Assembly: GCA_902626505.1 (NCBI GenBank)
Contig: CACOFQ010000002.1
Coordinates: forward strand, 11,409 to 75,408
DNA from: an uncultured Marinoscillum sp.
GTDB taxonomy: Bacteria > Bacteroidota > Bacteroidia > Cytophagales > MED-G16
DNA: 64,000 bases
Direction: 5' to 3'
The translations under genes were made by a program, and so were the position numbers. Under the pieces are notes generated by a model that saw only the letters and a list, made by a program, of their open reading frames with translations, ran no database searches and had not been told where the DNA came from. Of this stretch, positions 51,096-61,054 are shown one piece after another (position 1 is the first letter of the stretch; each line of letters begins with the position of its first letter).

Positions 51096-52258
51096 ATTTT
51101 ATCTAACGAATCTAAGATATCTTTAGTCAGTAAGTCAGTGTCTTCAAGACCAATATAAAAACGGATATAATTTTTGGGGAGAAGTTCAGTCTTTGAGTAG
51201 TATTTACTATTTAAATTATATCGAGCAATTTCTGGAAAAATCAATGAGTCATGGCCACCCCATGATGCAGCCATTTTAAAATGATTAAGGTTATTACAAA
51301 ATCCTTCTATTTTTTTATCATCATTGGTATTAAGTACAATGGAAAATTGTCCACATGGTCTCTTTAAATATTTTTTTACGAGTTTTTTTTGATTAAAATT
51401 TTTAGAATGAGGATAAATTATATTTTTAATTTTTTTATTTTTTTCTAAAGAGGATACAATTTTAGGAGTTGACTCACTTATATAATTCATTCTTATTTTT
51501 AGAGTTCTTAATCCATTTATAAATAACCATGAGTTAAATGGCGAGAGAACACCACCAAATAATTTAAATTCAGAATTATAAATTTCATTAATAATTTCAT
51601 TGCTTCCACAAATTATACCACCCATAGCATTTGCATGCCCCCCTATGTACTTAGTAGCTGAATGAATAATAATATCTATTCCCCAATTTGAAGGATTACA
51701 ATTAATTGGTGAAGCATAACTATTATCAATTATAGTAATTAGATTATTTTTTTTTGCAATGTTTGATATTTCCTCTAGATCTTGCATGTCATATGTCCAA
51801 GAGTTAGGACTTTCTAAATAAATTATTTTTGTATTTTTTTTGATTTTTTTACTGAAATTAAGAGGGTCTTCTCCACTAACAAATGAAACTTCAATTCCAT
51901 AATTAGGTATTATTTCTTTTAAAAATTTATCAGTTCCAGTATAGGGTTGATTAACACTTATCATGTGTTCTCCAGATTTGACTTGTGATAATATTGCAGT
52001 TGATATTGCTGCCATTCCACTGCTTAGCGCAATGGCATTTTCAGTTTTTTCAAGTGCAGCAATTTTTTGTTCTAATATTTTGGTAGTTGGATTATTACCT
52101 CTAGTATAGAATGGTATGTTATTTTTACCAATCATTGCAGAACGCATATCATCAACTTTTGAAAATAAGAAATTAGAATTAGAAAATATTGGAGGAATTG
52201 CTGCGTTGAAATAATCTTCTCGATTTTCACCAAGTTGATTTATGATATCCTTAGTCAT
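51092..52258 (-). CDS. PLP-dependent trans-sulfuration family enzyme (cystathionine gamma-synthase/beta-lyase/methionine gamma-lyase-like)
   Basis: Cys/Met-metabolism PLP fold with the Schiff-base lysine motif [10 protein letters not shown]. The track start at 52261 is TTG; the adjacent ATG at 52258 is preferred. Exact activity is not assignable by eye. Confidence 0.75.
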   Translation of the reverse strand: MTKDIINQLGENREDYFNAAIPPIFSNSNFLFSKVDDMRSAMIGKNNIPFYTRGNNPTTKILEQKIAALEKTENAIALSSGMAAISTAILSQVKSGEHMISVNQPYTGTDKFLKEIIPNYGIEVSFVSGEDPLNFSKKIKKNTKIIYLESPNSWTYDMQDLEEISNIAKKNNLITIIDNSYASPINCNPSNWGIDIIIHSATKYIGGHANAMGGIICGSNEIINEIYNSEFKLFGGVLSPFNSWLFINGLRTLKIRMNYISESTPKIVSSLEKNKKIKNIIYPHSKNFNQKKLVKKYLKRPCGQFSIVLNTNDDKKIEGFCNNLNHFKMAASWGGHDSLIFPEIARYNLNSKYYSKTELLPKNYIRFYIGLEDTDLLTKDILDSLDKI

Positions 52259-52315
52259 CAATAGTTATGTTGTATATACGAAATTATAATAATTTTTATA
52301 AACTATATTTATAAA

Positions 52316-53128
52316 ATGGAAAATAAAGTTGTTGTAATAACTGGAGGTTCTTCAGGTGCGGGTGAAGCATTAGCCTATAAATTTTCAAAGGAAGGATTTA
52401 ATATAGTTATTGGTGGAACAAATACTGAAAGACTAAAAAAAGTAAAATCTAAAATAGAGTCTATAGGTACTAAATGTAAATTTTTAGTTCATGATATTTC
52501 AAATCAAAAAGATGTTAAAAAAATGGTAGACTTAACAATTAAATCATTTGGAAGATTGGATGTTTTAATTTGTAATGCTGGTATATCCTATAGATCTGTC
52601 TTCGAACATATTAATTTAGATGTTTTTGAAAAATTATTTAAAATTAATTTTTTTGGTTCTATTTATTCAGTCAAATATTCAATACCATACCTTATTAAAT
52701 CTAAAGGATCAATAATTGCAATTTCTTCATTAAACGGATTTATTGCTACACCTACAAGATCTGCTTATGTCTCATCAAAGCATGCTATGCAAGGTTTTTT
52801 TGATTCTATAAGACTTGAGCTTAAAAATAAAGGTGTTCATGTTATGGTAGCTTCTCCTGGTTATTTTGAAAGTAATTTTAGAAAGAACACTTTAAAAAGT
52901 GATGGAAATAAAGAAGGTAGCTCATCAAGAGATGAAAAAGGTATGATGTCTACAGAAGTTCTAGCAGATAAAATTTTTATGGGATATAAAAGCAAAAATA
53001 GAGATTTGATTTTCACATTTAGAGGAAAGCTTGCACACTTAATTAAAAATTGGTTTCCAAAATTGGCAGATAGATTATCCTATAATGAAATTCTTAATGA
53101 AAGAGAGTCTCTTCTGAAAGATTACTAG
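52316..53128 (+). CDS. SDR family oxidoreductase
   Basis: VVVITGGSSGAGEALA, CNAGIS, catalytic YVSSKHAM. Confidence 0.85.
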   Translation: MENKVVVITGGSSGAGEALAYKFSKEGFNIVIGGTNTERLKKVKSKIESIGTKCKFLVHDISNQKDVKKMVDLTIKSFGRLDVLICNAGISYRSVFEHINLDVFEKLFKINFFGSIYSVKYSIPYLIKSKGSIIAISSLNGFIATPTRSAYVSSKHAMQGFFDSIRLELKNKGVHVMVASPGYFESNFRKNTLKSDGNKEGSSSRDEKGMMSTEVLADKIFMGYKSKNRDLIFTFRGKLAHLIKNWFPKLADRLSYNEILNERESLLKDY

Positions 53129-53838
53129 TTTAATATTAAAATATTTTTTTTCCTAACAAATTTCCTTTCATCATTTATTTCAATCTCATACCATATTTCC
53201 TTCTCATTTGTTATTCTTACTTTTTCACCTCTATTGATTGTTGAGTAAATATTTGATCCTGAAGAGGGATCATGCATAATAAAAACATTATCATATTGAA
53301 TTATTCCTTCTTTCCTATCTTTAATATTTAAAGTTAATAGCAATACAATATTTGTTATCAAAAAAGTTTTAGTAAGGATAAATCTTTTCTTTTTTATATA
53401 AAGAAATCCATTTATACTAAAGACTATAATTATTATTATAAATAATAAGTAAATAAAATTAAATTTATATTTAGATAAAAAAATTTGAAAAATATCATAA
53501 TCAGATTTTTGGTAGCTTTCAAGTCTATTTTTAGCTATTATTTTATTTAGTTTATTATCAATTATTTTATTGTCTTCATTTTTTTTTAAAAACTTTAAAT
53601 AAAAGATTGTCTTTTCATAGTTCCCTAATTCTTCTTCAAGAAATGCTAATTTTATAAGTAAATTATTATTATAAAGTTCATAGTTATAGAAAAGGCTATC
53701 ATATAAAACCTTTGAGTTTTTTAAATCATTTTCTTTAAATAGCGAATCAGCTTTTATTAAAAGAATATTTTTTGCAGAAATATATTCAGATGTAAAAAAT
53801 AAAAATAAAAGGTATATTAAAAATTTATTTTTGAGCAT
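53125..53838 (-). CDS. Membrane protein with periplasmic TPR-like region, one internal TM helix and C-terminal SH3-like domain (BatE-like architecture)
   Basis: Signal MLKNKFLIYLLFLFF. TPR-like helical repeats (YDSLFYNYELYNNNLLIKLAFLEEELGNYEKTIFYLKFL). TM helix FIYLLFIIIIIVFSINGFLYI. C-terminal GEKVRITNEKEIWYEIEI. The ATG at 53838 overlaps the upstream stop by 14 nt. Confidence 0.5.
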   Translation of the reverse strand: MLKNKFLIYLLFLFFTSEYISAKNILLIKADSLFKENDLKNSKVLYDSLFYNYELYNNNLLIKLAFLEEELGNYEKTIFYLKFLKKNEDNKIIDNKLNKIIAKNRLESYQKSDYDIFQIFLSKYKFNFIYLLFIIIIIVFSINGFLYIKKKRFILTKTFLITNIVLLLTLNIKDRKEGIIQYDNVFIMHDPSSGSNIYSTINRGEKVRITNEKEIWYEIEINDERKFVRKKNILILN

Positions 53839-56425
53839 TAATTGTAATTTTTTCTTTGGTATAGTTATCATCAGTTTTTAAAAATATCTCATAATCACCT
53901 TCTTTAATAAACTTATTGTAGTGGATATGATATGGATATTGATTATTATTCTTATTTATAATAAGGTCCCATCTAAATTGATTAATTCCTTTATTTCCAA
54001 TGTCACTTATTTCCCATACTATTTTTTCACTTTCTTTTATAATTATTGAATATTTTTTTTTCGCGTTAAGGTAAAATGAAATAGGAGCTTTTTCATAAGA
54101 ATTTATAATAGGTTCTTTATGTGTATCATTAAATTTTGGTAAATAAAATTCTCCTAAATGAACTAATGTATCATCTATCAATCTATCTTTCATCTTATAA
54201 TATTTATAAATAGGATTCAGATTTATCTTGTAAATTCCTCTTCCATGAGTTGCAACAATCATATCATTTGATCTATTTTCTATTTCTATGTCAGATACAC
54301 TACTTACAGGAAAATTTTTACCAATAATATTCCATGATTTACCTTTATCAAAGGAAATATAAACACCTCTATACATTCCTGCATAAAGAATATCTTCAAA
54401 TAATGGGTCCTCTAAAATTATATTTACTGGTTCATTTGGAAGATTTCCTTTTATTCTTTGCCAATCTCTACCATAATTTTCTGATATATATAGGTAATTG
54501 TTTAAATCATCGTAGTTTATTCCTGTCATCGACATGAATACCCTTTCTTTTACATGGTTAGATGGGTAAATACTTCTAATGTAATTATTAGCAATATTTT
54601 TAGAATTATTTATCCATGATTTACCATCATTTTTTGATGTCCAAAATAAACCTTTGTCACTTCCATAATATAAAACTCCCTTCTCTAATTTAGATTCAGC
54701 AATTGCTCCAGCTGAATATGATTTTTTGTTTTTAAATTTATTAGATATTGTTAAGTTATCACTTATAACTTTCCACGTATCTCCTTTATTAATAGATTTA
54801 AACATATAGTTCCCTGCATGATAAAGTGTATTTGAATTATGATGTGATATAAAATATGGTGTAATAAAATTAAATTTTAAAGTATCTTTCAATTCTTCTG
54901 GTAGACTTGGTTTTATTGAAACGGATTTATTAATAGTTATATTCTTTCTCCTAATAGCTCCATTCTGCATACTAAAATATACAATGCTAGTATCATTTGG
55001 ATCTACCTGTGTTACACACCCATCGCCACCATCCCAAGCATCAATCCACAAGTATTTCCAAGGATCATTAAATTCATTATTCCATTCTTTAGCGGGTCCG
55101 AAAACAGTTGAATTATCTTGAGTTCCACCATATATATTATATGGAGTTTTGTAATCTAATTCTATATCATAAAATTCGCCAGTTGGAATATTATTATAAT
55201 GTAACCAAGCATTTCCTTTGTCATAACTAACAAATAATCCACCATCATTTCCTATTGCTAAATGATTTGGGTTTTTAGGGTTAATCCATAATTCACAATG
55301 ATCTAAATGAAGTCCTTTTGCTTGACTTGGATTCATTCTTTTAACGGTACCCTTTAAATTATTAAAATTTTTACCTCCATCTTCACTGTATGCTGCTCTT
55401 ACTCCTAGTGCAAAAACTTCATCGTCATTATCGGGACTAACATAAATATCTGCAAAATACCAACCAATTCCAGGAAATATTAATAGCTCTTCTTTATGTG
55501 TTCTCTCCCAGTTTTTTCCACCGTTTTTAGAAACATATACTTCTGCAGCATTACTTCTTTCTTTAGATAAGTTATCAATTAATGCATATACCTTATTGGG
55601 ATCATCATAAGAAACTGCTAGACCAATTCTACCCATTTTTTCTCCATATGGTAATCCCTCAGTTAATTTTTTCCATGTGTTACCGTTATCAACACTTTTA
55701 TAAATTCCGCTATTTTTTCCACTTATACCTGGATTATTTTCCCACATAGACGTATATATGATATTTGGATTTGATTGTGATATAACAATATCATTTGATC
55801 CAGTATTTTCATCAATATGAAGGACTAACTTCCATGTATTACCACCATCTAAACTTCTATATACACCTCTATTTCTATTTTTAGACCAGAAATGTCCAAG
55901 TACACTAACAAAAACTATATCAGGATTTTTTGGGTTTACTGCAATTTCTCCAATATGCCACGAATCATTTAATCCCATATGTTTCCATGAGTTTCCACCA
56001 TCTATGGATTTATAAATACCTGTTCCAGGCATCGTAAAGTTTCTTCCTTTTTTTAGACTTTCTCCCGTCCCAACATATATTATTTTTTTATCAGAAGGAG
56101 CTAGAGCTATATCGCCAATTCCAATAGATGGTATTCCATTAAATATTGGATTCCATGTTATTCCATTATTTTCAGTTTTCCATAAATTTCCTGATCCGAA
56201 AGCAACGAACATAGTTCCAGGATTGTCTTCATCAACTTGAATTGATTCAACTCTAGCTGAATTTACAACAGGACCAATAGTTATCCATTCTAAATTAAAT
56301 AGTGACTTTTCTTTTAATGAAATATATTCTTTGTATGAACTAACTAATGGTGATTCCATTTGTTGAGAATTCAAAAAAAATGAATTATCAAAACATAATA
56401 ATATTAGTATAAAATATTTTTTCAT
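53825..56425 (-). CDS. Secreted Asp-box (BNR)/sortilin-VPS10-like double beta-propeller protein
   Basis: Signal peptide. At least ten Asp-boxes (SIDGGNSW, SLDGGNTW, SVDNGNTW, SKNGGKNW, SEDGGKNF, SYDKGNAW, SINKGDTW, SKNDGKSW, SENYGRDW, SFDKGKSW). Paralogue of 57322..60135 and of the N-terminal part of 3925..8187. Confidence 0.8.
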   Translation of the reverse strand: MKKYFILILLCFDNSFFLNSQQMESPLVSSYKEYISLKEKSLFNLEWITIGPVVNSARVESIQVDEDNPGTMFVAFGSGNLWKTENNGITWNPIFNGIPSIGIGDIALAPSDKKIIYVGTGESLKKGRNFTMPGTGIYKSIDGGNSWKHMGLNDSWHIGEIAVNPKNPDIVFVSVLGHFWSKNRNRGVYRSLDGGNTWKLVLHIDENTGSNDIVISQSNPNIIYTSMWENNPGISGKNSGIYKSVDNGNTWKKLTEGLPYGEKMGRIGLAVSYDDPNKVYALIDNLSKERSNAAEVYVSKNGGKNWERTHKEELLIFPGIGWYFADIYVSPDNDDEVFALGVRAAYSEDGGKNFNNLKGTVKRMNPSQAKGLHLDHCELWINPKNPNHLAIGNDGGLFVSYDKGNAWLHYNNIPTGEFYDIELDYKTPYNIYGGTQDNSTVFGPAKEWNNEFNDPWKYLWIDAWDGGDGCVTQVDPNDTSIVYFSMQNGAIRRKNITINKSVSIKPSLPEELKDTLKFNFITPYFISHHNSNTLYHAGNYMFKSINKGDTWKVISDNLTISNKFKNKKSYSAGAIAESKLEKGVLYYGSDKGLFWTSKNDGKSWINNSKNIANNYIRSIYPSNHVKERVFMSMTGINYDDLNNYLYISENYGRDWQRIKGNLPNEPVNIILEDPLFEDILYAGMYRGVYISFDKGKSWNIIGKNFPVSSVSDIEIENRSNDMIVATHGRGIYKINLNPIYKYYKMKDRLIDDTLVHLGEFYLPKFNDTHKEPIINSYEKAPISFYLNAKKKYSIIIKESEKIVWEISDIGNKGINQFRWDLIINKNNNQYPYHIHYNKFIKEGDYEIFLKTDDNYTKEKITINAQK

Positions 56426-56464
56426 TTTTTTAATTTAACAATTTTCAAATAATTTAATCTCATT

Positions 56465-56495
56465 ATTGTAATATCAATAACATTTTCTAGTTTTG
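56465..56495 (+). promoter_or_regulatory. Bacteroidetes-type promoter for tRNA-Lys (ATTG-N19-TAGTTTTG)
   Basis: TAGTTTTG at 56488..56495 fits TAnnTTTG. (A)TTG at 56465..56468 lies 19 nt upstream. The tRNA 5' end is 20 nt downstream. Confidence 0.4.
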
Positions 56496-56514
56496 CGCGT
56501 TCCATTGTTTAATT

Positions 56515-56587
56515 GATTGGCTAGCTCAGTTGGTAGAGCATCTCCCTTTTAAGGAGAGGGTCCTGGGTTCGAGACCCAGGCCAATCA
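56515..56587 (+). tRNA. tRNA-Lys (anticodon TTT)
   Basis: Hand-folded cloverleaf. Acceptor GATTGGC/GCCAATC, D arm GCTC-AGTTGGTA-GAGC, anticodon arm TCTCC-CTTTTAA-GGAGA, T arm CTGGG-TTCGAGA-CCCAG, discriminator A. 73 nt. Confidence 0.93.
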
Positions 56588-56591
56588 CTTT

Positions 56592-57272
56592 TTATAAATT
56601 TCTTAACATAAATCCCCCAACTACTGCGGCAGTTTCTGTTCTCAAAATACTAGAGCCTAAAGAGATATTTTTAAATTTGTTTTTGAAAATTAAGTCTTTC
56701 TCTTTTTTTGAGAAATCTCCTTCTGGGCCTATTAATAATATTGATTTTTCTTTATTTGTCGGTTTATTAAAAACATTATTTGAGTTTATATCTCCAAAAA
56801 ATTTGTTTTTGATCTTTGATGTTTTTTTTAAATAATCTTCTAGGGTAACTAATTCTTTGATTTGAGTTAGAAATAATGAATTACATTGTTTTAAAGCAGA
56901 TATAGTCTTCTTTTTTAATCTATTATATTTTAAGTTTTTCTTTTCACAGTGTTCAGATAAAATAAATGAAATTTTACATATCCCAATTTCACTCAATTTT
57001 TCAACCATCCACTCCAATCTATTTTGACTTTTTATTATTGAAACTGCAACTTCAATTTTGCTTTTTTTTTGAATTGATTTAATTTTTTCAATGTTATCTA
57101 GTTCACACGAATTCTTATTTATTTTTTTTATTGTAGATGAAAAAAGATTACCACATCCATCTGTAAAAAATATTTTATCTTTTTCTTTTTTTCTAAGAAC
57201 TTTAATACAATGATAAAACTCTTCCCCATCAAGAGTACTGTATTTATTTTTGGTTATGTAAAATAGCTGCAA
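56592..57272 (-). CDS. rsmE: 16S rRNA (uracil1498-N3)-methyltransferase
   Basis: MQLFY N-terminus, PUA-like N-domain, C-terminal SPOUT motif LIGPEGDFSKKE ... LGSSILRTETA. The start codon is TTG. Confidence 0.85.
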   Translation of the reverse strand: MQLFYITKNKYSTLDGEEFYHCIKVLRKKEKDKIFFTDGCGNLFSSTIKKINKNSCELDNIEKIKSIQKKSKIEVAVSIIKSQNRLEWMVEKLSEIGICKISFILSEHCEKKNLKYNRLKKKTISALKQCNSLFLTQIKELVTLEDYLKKTSKIKNKFFGDINSNNVFNKPTNKEKSILLIGPEGDFSKKEKDLIFKNKFKNISLGSSILRTETAAVVGGFMLRNL

Positions 57273-57321
57273 TTTTTTTATATTTATTAATAATTAAAGT
57301 AAACTTATTAACTCCTAAACA

Positions 57322-60135
57322 ATGATTAAAATTTTAAATTTAATAATTCTAATTCTATTAACTAATTTTTCTTATTCTCAGAAAAAAAAGAAAAAAAATA
57401 CTTATCCAGAATCAACAGTTGCAATAGAAAGATCTCAAGGATATGAAAAGAGACTTTCTTTAAATAAAAACTCAATTGTTAAAAATATTTTCTTTAGAAA
57501 TATTGGGCCAACTGTAATGAGTGGAAGAGTAGTAGATTTAGATATTAACCCTGCAGATCCTACTAATTTTTATGTAGCATACGCTTCCGGTGGATTATGG
57601 GAAACAAAGAACAATGGCAATACATTTAGACCATTATTTGATAATCAAATGGTTATGACAATTGGTGATATTAAAGTAGACTGGGAAAATAATATACTTT
57701 ATGTTGGAACAGGAGAGAACAATTCAAGTCGTTCATCTTACTCAGGAAATGGTATTTATAAGTCCTCAGATAATGGAAAAAATTGGGAAAATTTAGGTTT
57801 AGAAGAATCCCATCATATTGGTAGAATAATATTGCACCCAAATAATTCAGATATAATATGGGTTGCATCTCTTGGTCATCTATATTCACCAAGTACTCAG
57901 AGAGGGATATACAAATCTATAAATGGTGGGAAAACTTGGGATAATAAACTTTATGTAAATGAATACACAGGAGCTATTGATTTAGTATTAGATAACTCAA
58001 ATCCAAATGTTTTATATGCTTCTATGTGGGAAAAAGATAGAAAAGCTTGGAACTTTAAAGGATCAGGGAAAGGATCAGGAATTTTTAAATCATTAGATGG
58101 TGGTGAGAGTTGGTTTGAAATTTCGGGTGGTACTAGCGGTTTCCCAGATACGGATGGAACTGGTAGAATTGGTTTAGATATATCAATCTCAGAACCTAAT
58201 ATTTTATATGCTATTCACGACAACCAAGACAGAAGAGAAAATAATAACATTGATGATAATAATGATCTAAATAAAGAAGATTTAAGAGAAATATCTACTA
58301 GTAACTTTTTAAAAATTAATGATCAAAAATTAAATAAGTTTTTGAGATCTAATCGTTTTCCATCAGAATATAATGCAGAGAGGATTAAAAGTATGGTTAA
58401 AAATGGAGATTTGTCACCCTTTTCTCTTGTTGAGTATTTAGAAGATTCTAATTCACTTTTATTTGATACTCCTGTCATAGGTGCTGAAGTTTATAAATCT
58501 GAAGATTATGGAAAAACATGGATTAAAATTAATGAAGATGATCTAAGTAATCTTTTTTATTCCTATGGTTACTATTTTGGAGAGATAAGAGTAGATCCTA
58601 ATATGTCAAACAAAGTATATACTATGGGGGTTCCTCTTGTTAAATCTGATGATTCAGGTAAATCATGGGAATCAATTGATTATGAGAATATGCATGGAGA
58701 TTACCATGCTTTATGGATTAATCCATCCAGAGCCGGACATTTAATTGTAGGTAATGATGGTGGAGTGAATATGTCTTATGATGATGGAAAAAATTGGATG
58801 AAGTTTAATAGTCCATCTGTTGGTCAATTTTATGATATAAATGTTGACATGCAGCAACCTTATAATGTATATGGTGGTTTTCAAGATAATGGTGTGTGGA
58901 TGGGACCTTCTAACTATTCTCCTGGACTAAGATGGCACAGTACAGGAAGATATCCATGGAAATCAATATATGGAGGAGATGGAATGCAAACCGAAATTGA
59001 TTTTAGGGATAATGAAACAGTGTACACTGGATCTCAATTTGGTAATTATGCTAGAGTTAATACTCGAACTGGTGAAAGAAAAAGAATTACACCGTCACAT
59101 AAATTAGGTGAGAGACCATATAGGTGGAATTGGGAAACTCCAATTTATTTATCTAGACATAACCAAGATATACTCTACATGGGATCTAATAAATTCCATA
59201 GGTCCTTAAATCAAGGAGACGATTTTGAAACTTTATCTGATGATTTAACAAATGGAGGAATTCAAGGAAATGTAAGTTATGGTACTCTAACAACTATAAT
59301 TGAATCAAGTTTAAAATTTGGTTTAATATATGTTGGAAGTGATGATGGATTAGTTCATGTTTCAAAGGATGGTGGTTATAGTTGGAACAATATTTCATCT
59401 GGTTTACCACAACAAATGTGGGTAAGTAGTATTTTCCCATCTCAATTTATTGAAGGTAGGGTATATCTTTCATTAAACGGATACAGGTGGGATAACTTTG
59501 AACCAATGATTTATGTTTCTGATGATTATGGTATGAATTGGAGTAAAATAGGTAATGACCTTCCTAAAGAACCAGTTAATGTTATTATTGAGGATCATGT
59601 AAATAAAAATTTAATATATATCGGAACAGATCACGGTGTTTATGCCTCTTTTGATTTAGGAAATAATTTTCATCCATTTGTAAATGGATTATCTGGAGCA
59701 CCAGTTCATGATTTAGTTATCCATCCTAGAGAAAAGGATTTAATTGTGGGAACACACGGGAGGTCAGTATATATCGCTGATATTAATATAGTTCAGAAAA
59801 TAAATGATAGAATTTTATCTAAGCCATTGCACCTCTTTAGTATTGATAATATAAAATTTTCAAATAGATGGGGTTCGAAGAATTGGTATGGAGATACAAT
59901 TGAACCGACTGTGAATTTTATAATTTACGCAGATGATGAAAAGGAAATTAACTTATTAATAAGTGATGAGGATGAGGTTCTTATTAATAAACTAATAAAA
60001 ATTGATCATGGAATAAATTATATAAGTCATAACCTTTTTATTGATGATAAAAACAATTATTTGTCTAAAGGAGTGTATTCAATAAAAGTTGTTAACTTAG
60101 ATGAGGTTGATCAAGTAAAATTTACAATTAACTAA
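57322..60135 (+). CDS. Secreted Asp-box (BNR)/sortilin-VPS10-like double beta-propeller protein
   Basis: Signal peptide then a lysine run (SQKKKKKN). Asp-boxes SSDNGKNW, SINGGKTW, SLDGGESW, SEDYGKTW, SDDSGKSW, SYDDGKNW, SKDGGYSW, SDDYGMNW. Shares long identical blocks with 53825..56425 (YVGTGE, GIYKS.D.G..W, HIG.I, RIGL). Confidence 0.8.
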   Translation: MIKILNLIILILLTNFSYSQKKKKKNTYPESTVAIERSQGYEKRLSLNKNSIVKNIFFRNIGPTVMSGRVVDLDINPADPTNFYVAYASGGLWETKNNGNTFRPLFDNQMVMTIGDIKVDWENNILYVGTGENNSSRSSYSGNGIYKSSDNGKNWENLGLEESHHIGRIILHPNNSDIIWVASLGHLYSPSTQRGIYKSINGGKTWDNKLYVNEYTGAIDLVLDNSNPNVLYASMWEKDRKAWNFKGSGKGSGIFKSLDGGESWFEISGGTSGFPDTDGTGRIGLDISISEPNILYAIHDNQDRRENNNIDDNNDLNKEDLREISTSNFLKINDQKLNKFLRSNRFPSEYNAERIKSMVKNGDLSPFSLVEYLEDSNSLLFDTPVIGAEVYKSEDYGKTWIKINEDDLSNLFYSYGYYFGEIRVDPNMSNKVYTMGVPLVKSDDSGKSWESIDYENMHGDYHALWINPSRAGHLIVGNDGGVNMSYDDGKNWMKFNSPSVGQFYDINVDMQQPYNVYGGFQDNGVWMGPSNYSPGLRWHSTGRYPWKSIYGGDGMQTEIDFRDNETVYTGSQFGNYARVNTRTGERKRITPSHKLGERPYRWNWETPIYLSRHNQDILYMGSNKFHRSLNQGDDFETLSDDLTNGGIQGNVSYGTLTTIIESSLKFGLIYVGSDDGLVHVSKDGGYSWNNISSGLPQQMWVSSIFPSQFIEGRVYLSLNGYRWDNFEPMIYVSDDYGMNWSKIGNDLPKEPVNVIIEDHVNKNLIYIGTDHGVYASFDLGNNFHPFVNGLSGAPVHDLVIHPREKDLIVGTHGRSVYIADINIVQKINDRILSKPLHLFSIDNIKFSNRWGSKNWYGDTIEPTVNFIIYADDEKEINLLISDEDEVLINKLIKIDHGINYISHNLFIDDKNNYLSKGVYSIKVVNLDEVDQVKFTIN

Positions 60136-60145
60136 ACCAAAAAAA

Positions 60146-61036
60146 ATGATAAAATTATTGTTCACTTTTTTATTTTTTATAAGTCAGAGTGACTTTAAAG
60201 GATTTCCTGACAAAGAAACTGCAGAATATTATTCATCAATAATAGGATGTGAAGGCTCGTTTTCTGTTATAGATGAAGATGAAACCTATTTTTTCCCTTG
60301 TCAAAATAAATCCGAATTAGATAAAATAATGCAGGAAAGAGAAGTTGAGCCTAAGGTAACTGAAATATGGGACCCTGAACCAACGATAGTAAATCCAGGA
60401 ATTTCATTCAGAGACGCTCCTTCTGATGCAATAATTTTATTTGATGGAGATAATTTAAATAGTTGGATTCATAAAAATGGTAGTCCTGCAAAATGGGATG
60501 TTAAAGATGGATATTTTACTGTGAAACCAGGTACTGGTGATATTCTAACAAAAGAGTCTTTTGGAAGTTGTCAACTACATGTTGAGTTTAGATCACCAAC
60601 TAAAATTGAAGGAGATGGACAAGATAGAGGAAATAGTGGTGTTTATTTTATGGAAAGTACAGATTTAGGAGATACTGGTTACGAGATTCAGGTACTAGAT
60701 TCATATGATAATAGAACTTATTCTAATGGACAAGCTGGAAGTGTTTATAAGCAGCATAGTCCATTAGTTAATGCATCGAAAAAACCGGGAGAATGGCAAA
60801 CTTATGATATAATTTTTAAGGCTCCTGTTTTTAATGAAAATGGAGGATTAGAATCACCAGCTTATGTAACAGTATTTCACAATGGAGTATTAATTCAGAA
60901 TAATTCTCAAATACAAGGTTATGTTAAGTATATAGGATATCCGGAATATAAAGCTCATGCTGCAAAACTTCCAATCAAACTACAAGATCATAGTAATTTG
61001 GTAAGCTTTAGAAATATATGGATAAGGAAACTTTAA
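60146..61036 (+). CDS. DUF1080 (3-keto-disaccharide hydrolase-like, concanavalin-type fold) domain protein
   Basis: Signal peptide. W...KWDVKDGYFTV, GDILTKESFGSCQLHVEFR, GNSGVYFM, GYEIQVLDS, LQDHSNLVSFRNIWIRKL follow the DUF1080 pattern. Confidence 0.7.
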   Translation: MIKLLFTFLFFISQSDFKGFPDKETAEYYSSIIGCEGSFSVIDEDETYFFPCQNKSELDKIMQEREVEPKVTEIWDPEPTIVNPGISFRDAPSDAIILFDGDNLNSWIHKNGSPAKWDVKDGYFTVKPGTGDILTKESFGSCQLHVEFRSPTKIEGDGQDRGNSGVYFMESTDLGDTGYEIQVLDSYDNRTYSNGQAGSVYKQHSPLVNASKKPGEWQTYDIIFKAPVFNENGGLESPAYVTVFHNGVLIQNNSQIQGYVKYIGYPEYKAHAAKLPIKLQDHSNLVSFRNIWIRKL

Positions 61037-61054
61037 AAAATAAATTTTATAATA

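Noticed and set aside
56530-56835. 101-aa plus-strand ORF
   Set aside because: It starts inside tRNA-Lys and then runs antisense to rsmE. The composition is low-complexity and there is no motif, so it is spurious.
57382-57398. A8-G-A8 homopolymer tracts in the signal-peptide region of the 937-aa propeller gene as a phase-variation switch. Similar A9-A10 runs occur near 9667, 19559 and 43925.
   Set aside because: The runs encode Lys stretches in frame. Such tracts are frequent throughout this AT-rich sequence, including inside essential genes such as tsaD. There is no evidence for length polymorphism from a single sequence.
53825-60135. The inverted paralogous propeller genes as an inverted-repeat recombination cassette or composite mobile element around tRNA-Lys
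   Set aside because: Similarity is at the protein-motif level only, and I see no extended nucleotide identity. There is no integrase, transposase or direct repeat at the tRNA 3' end.
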